49,667 bases of DNA from a virus (IMGVR_UViG_3300042445_000915:1-49667); one strand, 5' to 3'. Counted from the first letter of the stretch, positions 20,201-27,471 are shown. Notes: generated from the sequence alone by a model not told the origin. Made by a program: numbers and translations.

Positions 20201-21262
20201 AAAATTTCTATTATCAAATAATCCATAAAATTCCTGATTCTTTGTTGTTGATTCTAAATCAACCAATAATTCATTTGATTCTAATTGTATTTCTTGAATG
20301 AACTGAAAATCTGCTAAATCGGATTGAGATTTTCTAAATACTTTTACTCTAGCAACATCACCAACAAATGTTGTTAAATCTGATATAGTTATTTTTGCAA
20401 AAGAACCAGTCAATGCTGTTTTTAAATTATCAACACCTTCGGTATAATTAAATGATGCAGTATATCCCTGCCCTATAAAATCAGTAACAATTCCGTTTAC
20501 AGTATATGGGGTAGATATTGTTAAATTTCTATCATTTACTAAGTTATCAGCCAATAAAGTAACTCCTAAATCGGTAAATTGAATATTAGTACCAATAACA
20601 GAACCAGTCCAAAAAGTATCATCTGTTGTTGTTAGTAGATATGAAGTTGGTAATGTATAATTAGTTAATGTTTCACCCTCTCTAGGAGATTGTGCAGTTC
20701 CATCCGCAATACCTTTTTGAATTTTTTCAGTTACAATATTATTAAATATTGGTTTTACTATTTCATTTATAGATACTTCAGGTCTACGATAAAATCTAAC
20801 TTTATCTTCGTTACTTAATAATCTATTGATTTGAAATGTTCTTTCCCATTTTAAATTATAAATTCCTTTCCATTCATCCGGTACATCTTGTGTATTACCA
20901 TTTGCATCTATATATGTTTTTGCCTCACCTAATATAGTAATTTTACCCAATCCAATTGGCGTATCTTCATAGATATATGCAGCAACAACTTTAGATAACC
21001 CCTCATAATATTCTGGGATACCATTACCAGGTTCCCAATATACTGGATTACCCTCTACATCTAATATTTCAACTTTAAGTTCAGTAGATTCTTTTAAATA
21101 CTGAGAACCTTCTATAAGAAATCCGTTCTTACCACCAGTAAATGTATCTTTAAATTCAGTTATTCTAAAATAATCCGAATTTGGATTTGTATCATTTAAA
21201 AATGTTCCGTAATTGGTAAGCGGAGTTGTTAGATTTTCTGCAAATTTTTTTATTACTGCCAT
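14222..21262 (-). CDS. Giant tail fibre / receptor-binding structural protein
   Basis: 2346 aa; Ser/Thr/Gly-rich beta-type composition; repeated Ig-like units (YKLVASNESTTITAD, YDIKLTNENSSAVYK); GPGIVMRGEW...RRDAVIY segment; short Ala-rich coil; followed by chaperone-like genes. Confidence 0.75.
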   Translation of the reverse strand: MAVIKKFAENLTTPLTNYGTFLNDTNPNSDYFRITEFKDTFTGGKNGFLIEGSQYLKESTELKVEILDVEGNPVYWEPGNGIPEYYEGLSKVVAAYIYEDTPIGLGKITILGEAKTYIDANGNTQDVPDEWKGIYNLKWERTFQINRLLSNEDKVRFYRRPEVSINEIVKPIFNNIVTEKIQKGIADGTAQSPREGETLTNYTLPTSYLLTTTDDTFWTGSVIGTNIQFTDLGVTLLADNLVNDRNLTISTPYTVNGIVTDFIGQGYTASFNYTEGVDNLKTALTGSFAKITISDLTTFVGDVARVKVFRKSQSDLADFQFIQEIQLESNELLVDLESTTKNQEFYGLFDNRNFKNYWVTSSNNLTTEFNQNFLFNSVKLDANGGPYRYFTTKSIAITENAEYTLNFNTRLLQNLNPTNYISVYISGSKQSTFGGTTTKVAASQEIIKIYSDNSLLQKTSKTINFKADGLSDAKLYFDVKGMGWHISDVSLRASQESSFSPDEITFIQPVPRTLPRETFEFLFQFYDINNNYIPVVVSETKTFDGGNLNVINKSIELIPSSLYFQFDSGSGNGNPVPPTVINVDIKKNYLTGSYTFTSRSFDFFGTELSSSMYAPIVTPGYLGGQFPGYLIDNDGKNNNVILTVQNFTGSRDEALEELVVQFIEYTVECEGVEDSIVITRVIDGKGGVNYEIRPYDGTIIRNSHPSSSLEVQAIRIDGVNEVLLQSGLPKGRSNTMLYVQSGSTYVTLEAASASQFVRSIQPGITGSGEVNYNAIFNRDSINGQLTLYMIPTGSTNPSGSILTTLTLTDIQDGLDTGLVLFDTNQFSINPRTETKFRPTYSSATASFYRRGTFEAPISCSFEVYPSMSINKDWVPEYWMHYTTFSCAEDITVAAYDENGKIIPSRADASTYRLSSPLSQSKQLLVSFTYTEPWTSASVSVDQSFTITPDGAPGDETIIFEVVPSSITLGANSRGIVGDYKPSITDIKLKQGSRYLSFSGSAGENKFSSHGQFYIATASIVESNVKAGNVQFTSSNGTAYTSSLIVSASSDLRQLSGSITYPLIIHPYFTSSIYTASVVVNYTKILEGAPPIQVIITPNAPNLKADEVGYVSEYTAASTTIQVKDGDDFLRFTTQSTAPGTFRIQNGGSVIVSNIRTGSVASSSFNTATVSFQRFDYPFVSASAQYNIVAYPYALGPGHEYTSSVIQRTQTFTKNVAPANARSVNLKASFDTVNFNKDGVVSSPLDPIILTATATNTTGAVWFQFYKDDTDYSGIVGEDSPNSKFATQEIGGGDATGPGENATWTVRIRDGNSSPTAPIRAENSLTIAGIKAGADAYKLVASNESTTITADLWNTSFSGSGMKITTFKGTEQLSNVSTPTYNASNDVYDFLGNYIGNLGFSSASIFFTSSFVTQSSNKFPTSNPASIGDIAAWYAPAINKSGQIVYKIDFENNRQVQFVTQSISVQFEPPAPYDIKLTNENSSAVYKVSGQFTLSNTGTDIRVYRGGTELTNKPAGFTNPQRDAYGVTGYQNQCRVSIYSKSSHITLANSWLAASYVTGVPAQMPNIVGWVDPNTNPNGEIVYQIECEGRQTLYKTQSLSVQFEGSTGPGIVMRGEWNSLTNYSGSVETRNFRRDAVIYGTNPTTYYAAISGSGPQTYNKSGTLVGSRAPTAGSDNAWWQFLGQQEFFVAAKIAIFDESFVKNTINVGNNSGSAFANIVLAGGREDPYMAVGQYSTIGYGNSGIWLGIYDDGTSASTFKPRFSLVNGDNSRFMRWTGTDLEIKGSITVTGGDAETTSGAQSKANAAQANAISTAGSNATTALNVFSSSLGAMAAINSINSGNAVTYIGAGSIVTNMVATNLILSTNYSASIEAGNFSDTGTFLNLADGTITSPGFATKNDGTAYFKGVLNSSQATFGAWTLNAQAFFITANSRIKLDAAQEQIQVLDSDGAVRFTANTALTLPNPAGVQATSGTPGSPTGGTTTPLVITPTSATVVSETSINGDNDFFYTGVFHELGSFISSANGGQHNIRYTWNPSSAYYSGIAEAAGNAYASLSVSLVLTPDATNDIVAYGTSDYASAYGQMYEEGYGGSYGGFRSYYAQQNTDLLIDPKTYTVSATLTASTRYRVKLLVSYTVIADDTDGAPYYENSSAGVVYEENGDTGRLVVEAVSAGTIVNGGGFQTAAGAGRYLKHATNPDTIGIYTYVEGGLSTDKHYHKDTGTSLGYNVGGYPMVKGYARWASNVSQTGAPSIPTLQSLGGVVTSLASAGSQGAYNLNFALTTSDGASLSTITPSVFFTGTRDIANPVECTFTFGKFAGNSTYINFRTQDNNTDGLFNMDEIGVIVVM

Positions 21263-21282
21263 TTAGTTATTCTATTATATTA

Positions 21283-21291
21283 AATAAATAT
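21283..21291 (-). promoter_or_regulatory. Putative late promoter motif variant ATATTTATT
   Basis: 20 nt upstream of fibre ATG (21262). Confidence 0.5.
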
Positions 21292-21312
21292 TCGTAAAAA
21301 ATAATTACTTTA

Positions 21313-21321
21313 ATATTTATA
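21313..21321 (+). promoter_or_regulatory. Same motif ATATTTATA on the plus strand, upstream of the plus-strand RHH gene
   Basis: 31 nt upstream of ATG at 21353; divergent from the 21283 copy. Confidence 0.5.
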
Positions 21322-21329
21322 TTAGAAAA

Positions 21330-21348
21330 CTAAAGAAATCTAAAGAAA
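21330..21348 (+). repeat. Tandem direct repeat CTAAAGAAA x2 (10-bp period); candidate operator
   Basis: CTAAAGAAA at 21330-21338 and 21340-21348, between the promoter motif and the RHH start. Confidence 0.5.
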
Positions 21349-21352
21349 CGTT

Positions 21353-21526
21353 ATGAAGAAGTACGCAATGATACAAATAGATGCTCAAATACATCAAGCA
21401 TTAAAGGAATTTTGTAAAGAGAAAGGGTATAAGATAAATGGATTGGTAGAAACCCTTATAAAAGAAAAGGTGCAGTCTTTGAACAAGACCACACCTAAAA
21501 ATGTATTACCAGTGGTTAAAAGTTAA
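21353..21526 (+). CDS. Small ribbon-helix-helix (CopG/Arc/MetJ-like) DNA-binding protein; absent from the supplied ORF track
   Basis: Manual translation, 57 aa: MKKYAMIQIDAQIHQALKEFCKEKGYKINGLVETLIKEKVQSLNKTTPKNVLPVVKS. Shows a beta-strand/helix/G-turn/helix pattern, fills the intergenic gap and has its own promoter motif. Confidence 0.7.
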   Translation: MKKYAMIQIDAQIHQALKEFCKEKGYKINGLVETLIKEKVQSLNKTTPKNVLPVVKS

Positions 21527-24500
21527 TCTTACTAAAACCATCTATTTTTTTAATTTCAATAAGTCCATCTACGATATCTCTCATTTGTTCTAAGTGAGAA
21601 ATTACCCAAATAAAATCAAATTGAGTTTTAAGATATTGCATCATCATAAAGAGCGATGATAGGTTATCTGCATCCAATGTTCCAAACCCTTCATCGATTA
21701 CTAAGAAGTTAGGTCTAGGTAGGTTGCATATGTTAATTAGAGCCACTCTAATCGCTAATCCCGATATGAACTTCTCCATACCACTACACATCTCTAAAGC
21801 CCATTCCTGGTCTTCGTAAACGATTTTAGCGTTAATGTTTTTTCCATCAGTATCCATTGATATTGAAAAATCTACTACTTGTCCTAATATGTTGTTCACT
21901 TCGTTCTCAATTGCTGGAAGTGCCTTAGATATTAGTTCGTATGGTACACCGTCTTTCTTAACTGCATCTAAGTAGAATGTGTATAATTGGTTTTTACTTT
22001 CCAATTCTTTTACTTCTTCCATTTTAGCTATCATATTATCAATGTAGGTTTTTGTTGCACCTACCTCTGACATTAATTTCAACATAAGTTTGTTTACATC
22101 TGATATTTGCTTTTCAACACCTTGCTTTAATCTACGAACATTTTGTATTTGAATATCTAATGCCTGATTCTTTGTAATTGTTTCTACATTATCATTATAT
22201 CGTTTAATATCTGCATTTACAGTTTCGTTTTGAGTTTGTAATAATTCAATTTTAGAATCTGCAGTTCTAATATCACCTTCCAATCTTTCTGTAACATTAA
22301 TTAATCTTTTGTATTCATCGGTATATTCCTTCCATTGTTTGAATTGTTCTTCTACACCTTCCCAAGAATCTAAAGTTTGTTGAATACCCGTACATTGTAT
22401 AGTTGCATTTTTAACAAACCCTTCCAATTCAGGTAATGCTTCTTTTGCTCTCATTGCATCTTTAACAAATTCATTATCGCAACAAAACTTACAATTTGGG
22501 TCATATTCATGCTTATCCAAATGATTAATCTTTTCTTTAGCAGAATCTAATTGTGACTTTACTATTGAATAAGTTTTTTCTGCTTCAATTAAAGCTTTTT
22601 GTTCTCTTTGGTAATTTGAATATACAACTTCTATGCCAATTCCATTTATGGTAACTTTAGAATCAACCATTTCTTTAGCTTCCCTAACCAATTCCTTAGC
22701 TTCGGTATGTTTTTGTATCTTATCGAATTTAGTATCTCCCCAAGTAGTTAATTCACCATCAATCTTTTTAACTTTACGATTTAGTTCATCGATATCTAAA
22801 TTACCTTGAATTGGAATGATTTGTTGAGATAGTGTTACAATTTGTTCTTCTAAATCAGCTTTACGAGTTTCTAATTCTAATTTTTCCGAATCCAAATTAT
22901 CATACTCCTCTCTCTTTGAATTCAAGTCGTTTTCTTTTTGGGCTAATTCCGAAGTGAAGTCGGTCTTTCTGAAATTTCTGATAAGTGCATTCACATCTTT
23001 GATATCATTGGTAGCAGTATCATACAGCTTATCAAATATATCCAAGCCCATAAACTGAGCCATCAAGTCTTTCCTTTCGGATTGTGATTTATCAATGAAT
23101 AGTGCGTTATTGGCTTGTAGTGAAAGTGCCGTCATAATGAAATCCTCATATCTTCCTACATAGGTTTCAATGACTTGGTTTGTATCCCTACGTTCCGTTC
23201 CGTTAAGTGATTCCCTACCACTATCTCCCTCTCTCCAAAAGTCCACATCCACTTTTACGTTCTTTCCCTTATTGATTGTTCTACCCTCTCTACGAATACC
23301 ATAGATAACTCCATCAACGGAGAATTCTAATTGGCAATGGAAATCTTGCTTTCTATTATTCATAATAGCAGATGCTTTATATGCTCTACTACACTTATCA
23401 AAAAGGCAGAATGAGATTGCATCAAATAGGGATGATTTGCCCTGTGCATTTGGTGCGAATAATCCCATCAGTCCGTTTATCTTATCGAAGTTGATTACGT
23501 TCCTCTCTCCGTATGAGAACATATTACTGAAATCAAACTTAATTGGTTTCCAGCTTATGTTTCTTTGTAGTTCTGATGGTTGTATTCTACTATTAATGTC
23601 ACGATTTATTTTCTCTATTCCAGCTAAGTCCTCCTTTGTCACAAATGGCATCATACGTTCAATATACTCACCTATTAAAGAGTTTTGATGGTTTATATCA
23701 GCCACACTATCTACTTCAAGCCTTGCTTCTCTATCGTTGGTTTTCTTCTTATTGAATGTATCCGTTCTAATGATTGTAAAATCCTCCACACCATACTTTG
23801 CCGTAATATCAGCCATCATTCTCTTAGTATCTGCGGTATCCGTATTAGTTACCCTCACTCTTAAACGAGGATACAACGGCATATCAGTTACATCCGGTAC
23901 AATACCACCATCAACATCCAAAGTGTAGTATCCGTAATCGTTTTGGATATCAACTTCCTCATAGGTCATTGTATCTAAATCCCAAACTAAGAATCCGTGC
24001 TTGTCTAATGTCTCACCGAAGTTTTGTTGTACCAAAGAACCAGCATATACCACCTTACATCCGCTTGGTGATATCATCTCTTGTCTTTTATGAATATCTC
24101 CCAACAGGGCTAAATCATATCCATCAAATATATCAGTTGTGAAGTGTCTACTACTAACCACATACCCTACATCGGTTGTAGAGTTATCAACAGGTCCGTG
24201 AAATAGTGCAATCTTTTTATTTCCGAATAATGTATTAGCTTTAGGCCAATTATCTTTGTTATCAAATATACTGAATACTGCAAAATCAACATCTCCGATT
24301 CCGTAAACTTGCGTATCTTTTAAATAAGTTAGGTTTGGTAACTTCAATGCATCAACGATTGGAGTAAGTACATCCATTCTATCCGAATTATTCATATTAC
24401 AATCGTGATTACCAGCGATTACAATTGTAGGACATAGTTTGTTACATTCCGTAAATAACCAGCTAATCTCACTTACCAATTCAGGACTCATTTCTAATTT

Positions 24501-24659
24501 AGCATGAGCGATATCACCAGCTAAGTAGATAATGGAATCTTCCGTTCCTCTTTTTTGTATTTCCTCAAACATTGAGTAAAATACTTGTCTAAACTCTTTG
24601 TGTCTTTTGATATTACGAATGTGTATATCCGCAATGTGATAAATTCTCTTTAACCTCAT
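21516..24659 (-). CDS. Fused Mre11/SbcD nuclease - Rad50/SbcC ATPase (T4 gp47+gp46 equivalent)
   Basis: 1047 aa; phosphoesterase motifs ADIH, AGD, AGNHD, FHG, GDIH; Walker A PNAQGKSS; coiled coil with central CKFC hook; signature CSGMEK; Walker B/D-loop VIDEGFGTLD; H-loop ISH. Confidence 0.92.
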   Translation of the reverse strand: MRLKRIYHIADIHIRNIKRHKEFRQVFYSMFEEIQKRGTEDSIIYLAGDIAHAKLEMSPELVSEISWLFTECNKLCPTIVIAGNHDCNMNNSDRMDVLTPIVDALKLPNLTYLKDTQVYGIGDVDFAVFSIFDNKDNWPKANTLFGNKKIALFHGPVDNSTTDVGYVVSSRHFTTDIFDGYDLALLGDIHKRQEMISPSGCKVVYAGSLVQQNFGETLDKHGFLVWDLDTMTYEEVDIQNDYGYYTLDVDGGIVPDVTDMPLYPRLRVRVTNTDTADTKRMMADITAKYGVEDFTIIRTDTFNKKKTNDREARLEVDSVADINHQNSLIGEYIERMMPFVTKEDLAGIEKINRDINSRIQPSELQRNISWKPIKFDFSNMFSYGERNVINFDKINGLMGLFAPNAQGKSSLFDAISFCLFDKCSRAYKASAIMNNRKQDFHCQLEFSVDGVIYGIRREGRTINKGKNVKVDVDFWREGDSGRESLNGTERRDTNQVIETYVGRYEDFIMTALSLQANNALFIDKSQSERKDLMAQFMGLDIFDKLYDTATNDIKDVNALIRNFRKTDFTSELAQKENDLNSKREEYDNLDSEKLELETRKADLEEQIVTLSQQIIPIQGNLDIDELNRKVKKIDGELTTWGDTKFDKIQKHTEAKELVREAKEMVDSKVTINGIGIEVVYSNYQREQKALIEAEKTYSIVKSQLDSAKEKINHLDKHEYDPNCKFCCDNEFVKDAMRAKEALPELEGFVKNATIQCTGIQQTLDSWEGVEEQFKQWKEYTDEYKRLINVTERLEGDIRTADSKIELLQTQNETVNADIKRYNDNVETITKNQALDIQIQNVRRLKQGVEKQISDVNKLMLKLMSEVGATKTYIDNMIAKMEEVKELESKNQLYTFYLDAVKKDGVPYELISKALPAIENEVNNILGQVVDFSISMDTDGKNINAKIVYEDQEWALEMCSGMEKFISGLAIRVALINICNLPRPNFLVIDEGFGTLDADNLSSLFMMMQYLKTQFDFIWVISHLEQMRDIVDGLIEIKKIDGFSKINF

Positions 24660-25594
24660 ATATTATTTAGTTTGGATAGAACTAAGTCATCCCATCCAGT
24701 TTGTTTTGCTCCCTTTAGGAGTTCGTTTACTTTTTTAAATCCCATTTCACCAGCATCCTTATCAGTTGGTATAATGTTACGAACTTTAATTCCGTTCTTT
24801 AAAAAGTAATCAGTATGTTTAGTTGAATCTGCAATAGCATCTGAATCTAACATAATAGTTACTTCTTTAACTCCTTTCTCTATAATCTTATTCTTTAATT
24901 TATTCAATAAGAACTTTCCAAGCAAAGGAATACAATTTCTTTTAATTGAAAATGAATCGAATACACCCTCACACAAAGTAATAGGCTCGTTCCAATTGAT
25001 TTGATTATCAAACACAATTACATCTCTATTAACGGGCGGATTCTTATACTTCATTCGTTCTTCTTTGTAATATGAACGAGCTACGAAATAATTCAAATCA
25101 CCATTCTCATCGTAGGATGGAACAATAACTCTACCAAAGTATAATCCTTCCGAACAATACCCAATATTGTATTTAACGATATCAGCTTGTGTAATGCCTC
25201 TTTCTTTTAAGTAATTAATTGCTTGATTGTATTCAGGGTTGAATCCTTTTGGTTTGAAGTGCAATTGTTTGAATTCTGATGGTAGTTGTAACTTAGCTAC
25301 ATACTCATCCTTTTCAACTAAGGTATAATCATCTTCACCATAGATATCTTTCAATCTATTAAGGTCTCTTATATCCACATTGAGTTTGCGAAGGAGTGAT
25401 TGGATACTTCTACCCTTAGAATCACACACCCAACAATGCCATCTTTGTGTATCTAAATTTACTTGAAGTTTCTTTTTGTGGTGATTACAAAATGGACAAT
25501 GATGTGCCTGTTCATTTCCCTTAAGAGATGAACCTACACCCAATGCGGTGTCCAAAATGTTAATGACCGTTAGTTTGTTCTTCCCAGATAGCAT
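24656..25594 (-). CDS. DNA primase (DnaG/T4 gp61-like)
   Basis: 312 aa; Zn finger CPFC...HCWVC; YLKERGI; KYKNP; TOPRIM CEGVFD and LDSD; ATGA overlap with downstream gene. Confidence 0.9.
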   Translation of the reverse strand: MLSGKNKLTVINILDTALGVGSSLKGNEQAHHCPFCNHHKKKLQVNLDTQRWHCWVCDSKGRSIQSLLRKLNVDIRDLNRLKDIYGEDDYTLVEKDEYVAKLQLPSEFKQLHFKPKGFNPEYNQAINYLKERGITQADIVKYNIGYCSEGLYFGRVIVPSYDENGDLNYFVARSYYKEERMKYKNPPVNRDVIVFDNQINWNEPITLCEGVFDSFSIKRNCIPLLGKFLLNKLKNKIIEKGVKEVTIMLDSDAIADSTKHTDYFLKNGIKVRNIIPTDKDAGEMGFKKVNELLKGAKQTGWDDLVLSKLNNI

Positions 25595-25612
25595 TAATTA
25601 GATATTATATCA

Positions 25613-25644
25613 CAAATATACGAAAAATTTGGGATATAACCAAA
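25613..25644 (-). promoter_or_regulatory. Bacteroidota primary-sigma promoter (-33 TTTG / -7 TAnnTTTG)
   Basis: Minus strand reads TTTG-gttatatcccaaatttttcg(20 nt)-TATATTTG, 18 nt upstream of primase ATG. Confidence 0.75.
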
Positions 25645-25845
25645 TTAATGGTTGGAATTCTTTACATCGTAAAGGAAATCAGCTAAAAACTGCATTTTTG
25701 CTGCAATTGGTGCTTTTGGTTGGTTTGCTTCCAACATTCCTTTAAGGTCTATCAAAGATGCAGCTGCTATTTGTAGTGCATCATCTTTTGCGTTTAAATA
25801 AGCTTCGGAGATTCCGTACTTCTTTGCAATTTCAGGTATTGTCAT
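25645..25845 (-). CDS. Small hypothetical protein with HTH-like N-terminus
   Basis: 66 aa; MTIPEIAKKYGISEAYL. Confidence 0.5.
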   Translation of the reverse strand: MTIPEIAKKYGISEAYLNAKDDALQIAAASLIDLKGMLEANQPKAPIAAKMQFLADFLYDVKNSNH

Positions 25846-25849
25846 AACT

Positions 25850-26260
25850 TTAGTTTATAATATCCCTACGGAAGAATTTTCCCATAAGGTTTTCGTTTAT
25901 TGCTTGGTCATTGGCAAGTACATCGTAATGAAACTGCCATTTAATTTCGTAATATGATAAGGATTTCTTTGAAAAGCAAAACTGAATGATTTCTCTTTCA
26001 AAATCACCAGCTCTACCCTCTTTTACTTCGGATTTAATCCATTCGTTTGATGAATAGTATTTCTCCCAATCGGAAGCACTTCTAACAACTCTCTTTCTAG
26101 TCTTGCCCTTAAGGGGCTTCAATCTTCGAACTTGATTTAGGGACTTCTTCCCTATATAAAATCTACCAGTTGGTATGTGTATCATTTTATAGACAAACCC
26201 AACTGCACCTTCCGGTGTACTTTCCTCCGTAACTATATTTCCATTAAATTTCCAACTCAT
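25850..26260 (-). CDS. Stand-alone GIY-YIG-family nuclease domain protein
   Basis: 136 aa; GFVYKMIHIPTGRFYIGKK, YYSSN, FEREII, YYE...Q, NENL. Confidence 0.75.
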   Translation of the reverse strand: MSWKFNGNIVTEESTPEGAVGFVYKMIHIPTGRFYIGKKSLNQVRRLKPLKGKTRKRVVRSASDWEKYYSSNEWIKSEVKEGRAGDFEREIIQFCFSKKSLSYYEIKWQFHYDVLANDQAINENLMGKFFRRDIIN

Positions 26261-26263
26261 TGA

Positions 26264-26455
26264 TTACTTTTTCGCCATATCTGAATACTTTTTTGAAGTA
26301 TTCACTGCACCCTTCCTAGCTTTAGCAAGTCTAGTTTCATCTTTTGATAAATCTCTACCACCATCTGCATTTATAGGGGTTTTATCACCACCTTTAATGT
26401 TTGCAGCGCCTGTTTTAGGTCCAGTAGTTCCGTATAATTCTAATATTTTTGACAT
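26264..26455 (-). CDS. Small basic hypothetical protein
   Basis: 63 aa; fills the gap and is preceded by the recurrent promoter motif. Confidence 0.55.
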   Translation of the reverse strand: MSKILELYGTTGPKTGAANIKGGDKTPINADGGRDLSKDETRLAKARKGAVNTSKKYSDMAKK

Positions 26456-26476
26456 CTTATATTGTGTTTATGTAAG

Positions 26477-26485
26477 TATAAATAT
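26477..26485 (-). promoter_or_regulatory. Putative late promoter motif ATATTTATA
   Basis: 21 nt upstream of ATG at 26455. Confidence 0.55.
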
Positions 26486-26489
26486 AACG

Positions 26490-27437
26490 TTATGTATCGA
26501 AACGTATGATAAAGTTTATTGGATAGTTTGGTTCTGATTTAATTGGTTGTGGTAATTTTGCTACTGCAAGCATATTTAATTCATTATCATATAATCCAAT
26601 TGTTGTAATATAAGGTGCTAAATAAGAACCTGTCGGGTCTATCGAACCACTATATTCAAAATCATCAAAACTACCAAATTTATTAGAATCTAATTTAGAA
26701 ACATATGGATATTTTGCATTTCTAACATATTGTACACCACGTTCTGTTATTGTTTGTGTTACTAAATCATTTGGTTTTGCTCTAACAACATTAGGTCTAT
26801 TTACTAATTGTGTATATTTTCTACCACCATCTTCATATATTGCCGATGGGTTTTGTGAAAAATTAAATTCACTTTCTAATACTGAAATGAATATCTCATT
26901 TTCAAATAGTGTTTTGGTAGAGCGAAAATTTAAAGTAAATTGAGATAATACAGAACCACTAACTATATCTTTTGTAATTACTACAAGTCCTCTATCATAA
27001 AATATATTACCTTTAATGTTACTTCCAGAATCTATAAGATTTGAAAACCCATCATCAGTATATGTTCTACCCAATTGTTCATCTTCCAATCTAACAGTAC
27101 CTATCTTAATACCCTCACCATAATATATTTGTGGTATTGATATTACTGCAATATCATCTTCTATCAATCTTTCATCCTTAGATGCATATGAATGTCTTTT
27201 ACCAACTTCCGTTAATAATGAAGATGTTTCTGGATTTAGGTAAAATTGAGATTTAATTGATTGATATACTAACTTTTTTACAAATCCGTGACTTTGTGAA
27301 TCGGAATCAACATCAATAAGTGTATTAGCTCCGTTTTCACCGAAAACTGGGTAAACATCATTTTCATCTAATGTCCATTCTTTGTAAACTTTTAAAGGTC
27401 TAACAATGATATCAGATTTTGGAATTTCTTTAAGCAT
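26490..27437 (-). CDS. Tail/baseplate structural protein with collar/fibre-attachment-like C-terminus
   Basis: 315 aa; YITTIGLYDNELNMLAVAKLPQPIK; paralogous C-terminus with 27519-28733. Confidence 0.65.
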   Translation of the reverse strand: MLKEIPKSDIIVRPLKVYKEWTLDENDVYPVFGENGANTLIDVDSDSQSHGFVKKLVYQSIKSQFYLNPETSSLLTEVGKRHSYASKDERLIEDDIAVISIPQIYYGEGIKIGTVRLEDEQLGRTYTDDGFSNLIDSGSNIKGNIFYDRGLVVITKDIVSGSVLSQFTLNFRSTKTLFENEIFISVLESEFNFSQNPSAIYEDGGRKYTQLVNRPNVVRAKPNDLVTQTITERGVQYVRNAKYPYVSKLDSNKFGSFDDFEYSGSIDPTGSYLAPYITTIGLYDNELNMLAVAKLPQPIKSEPNYPINFIIRFDT

Positions 27438-27454
27438 CTAATCTTTTGATTTTA

Positions 27455-27463
27455 TATAAATAT
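27455..27463 (-). promoter_or_regulatory. Putative late promoter motif ATATTTATA
   Basis: 17 nt upstream of ATG at 27437, just downstream of a terminator. Confidence 0.55.
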
Positions 27464-27471
27464 TCCACAAA

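Noticed and set aside
14222-21262. Diversity-generating retroelement or invertible tail-fibre cassette
   Set aside because: No reverse transcriptase, invertase, or TR/VR-like near-duplicate noticed in the window.
25850-26260. Mobile homing endonuclease
   Set aside because: Only the GIY-YIG catalytic domain is present, with no NUMOD or HTH extension and no intron context. Treated as a resident nuclease, although the adjacent 66-aa HTH-like gene leaves a split arrangement possible.
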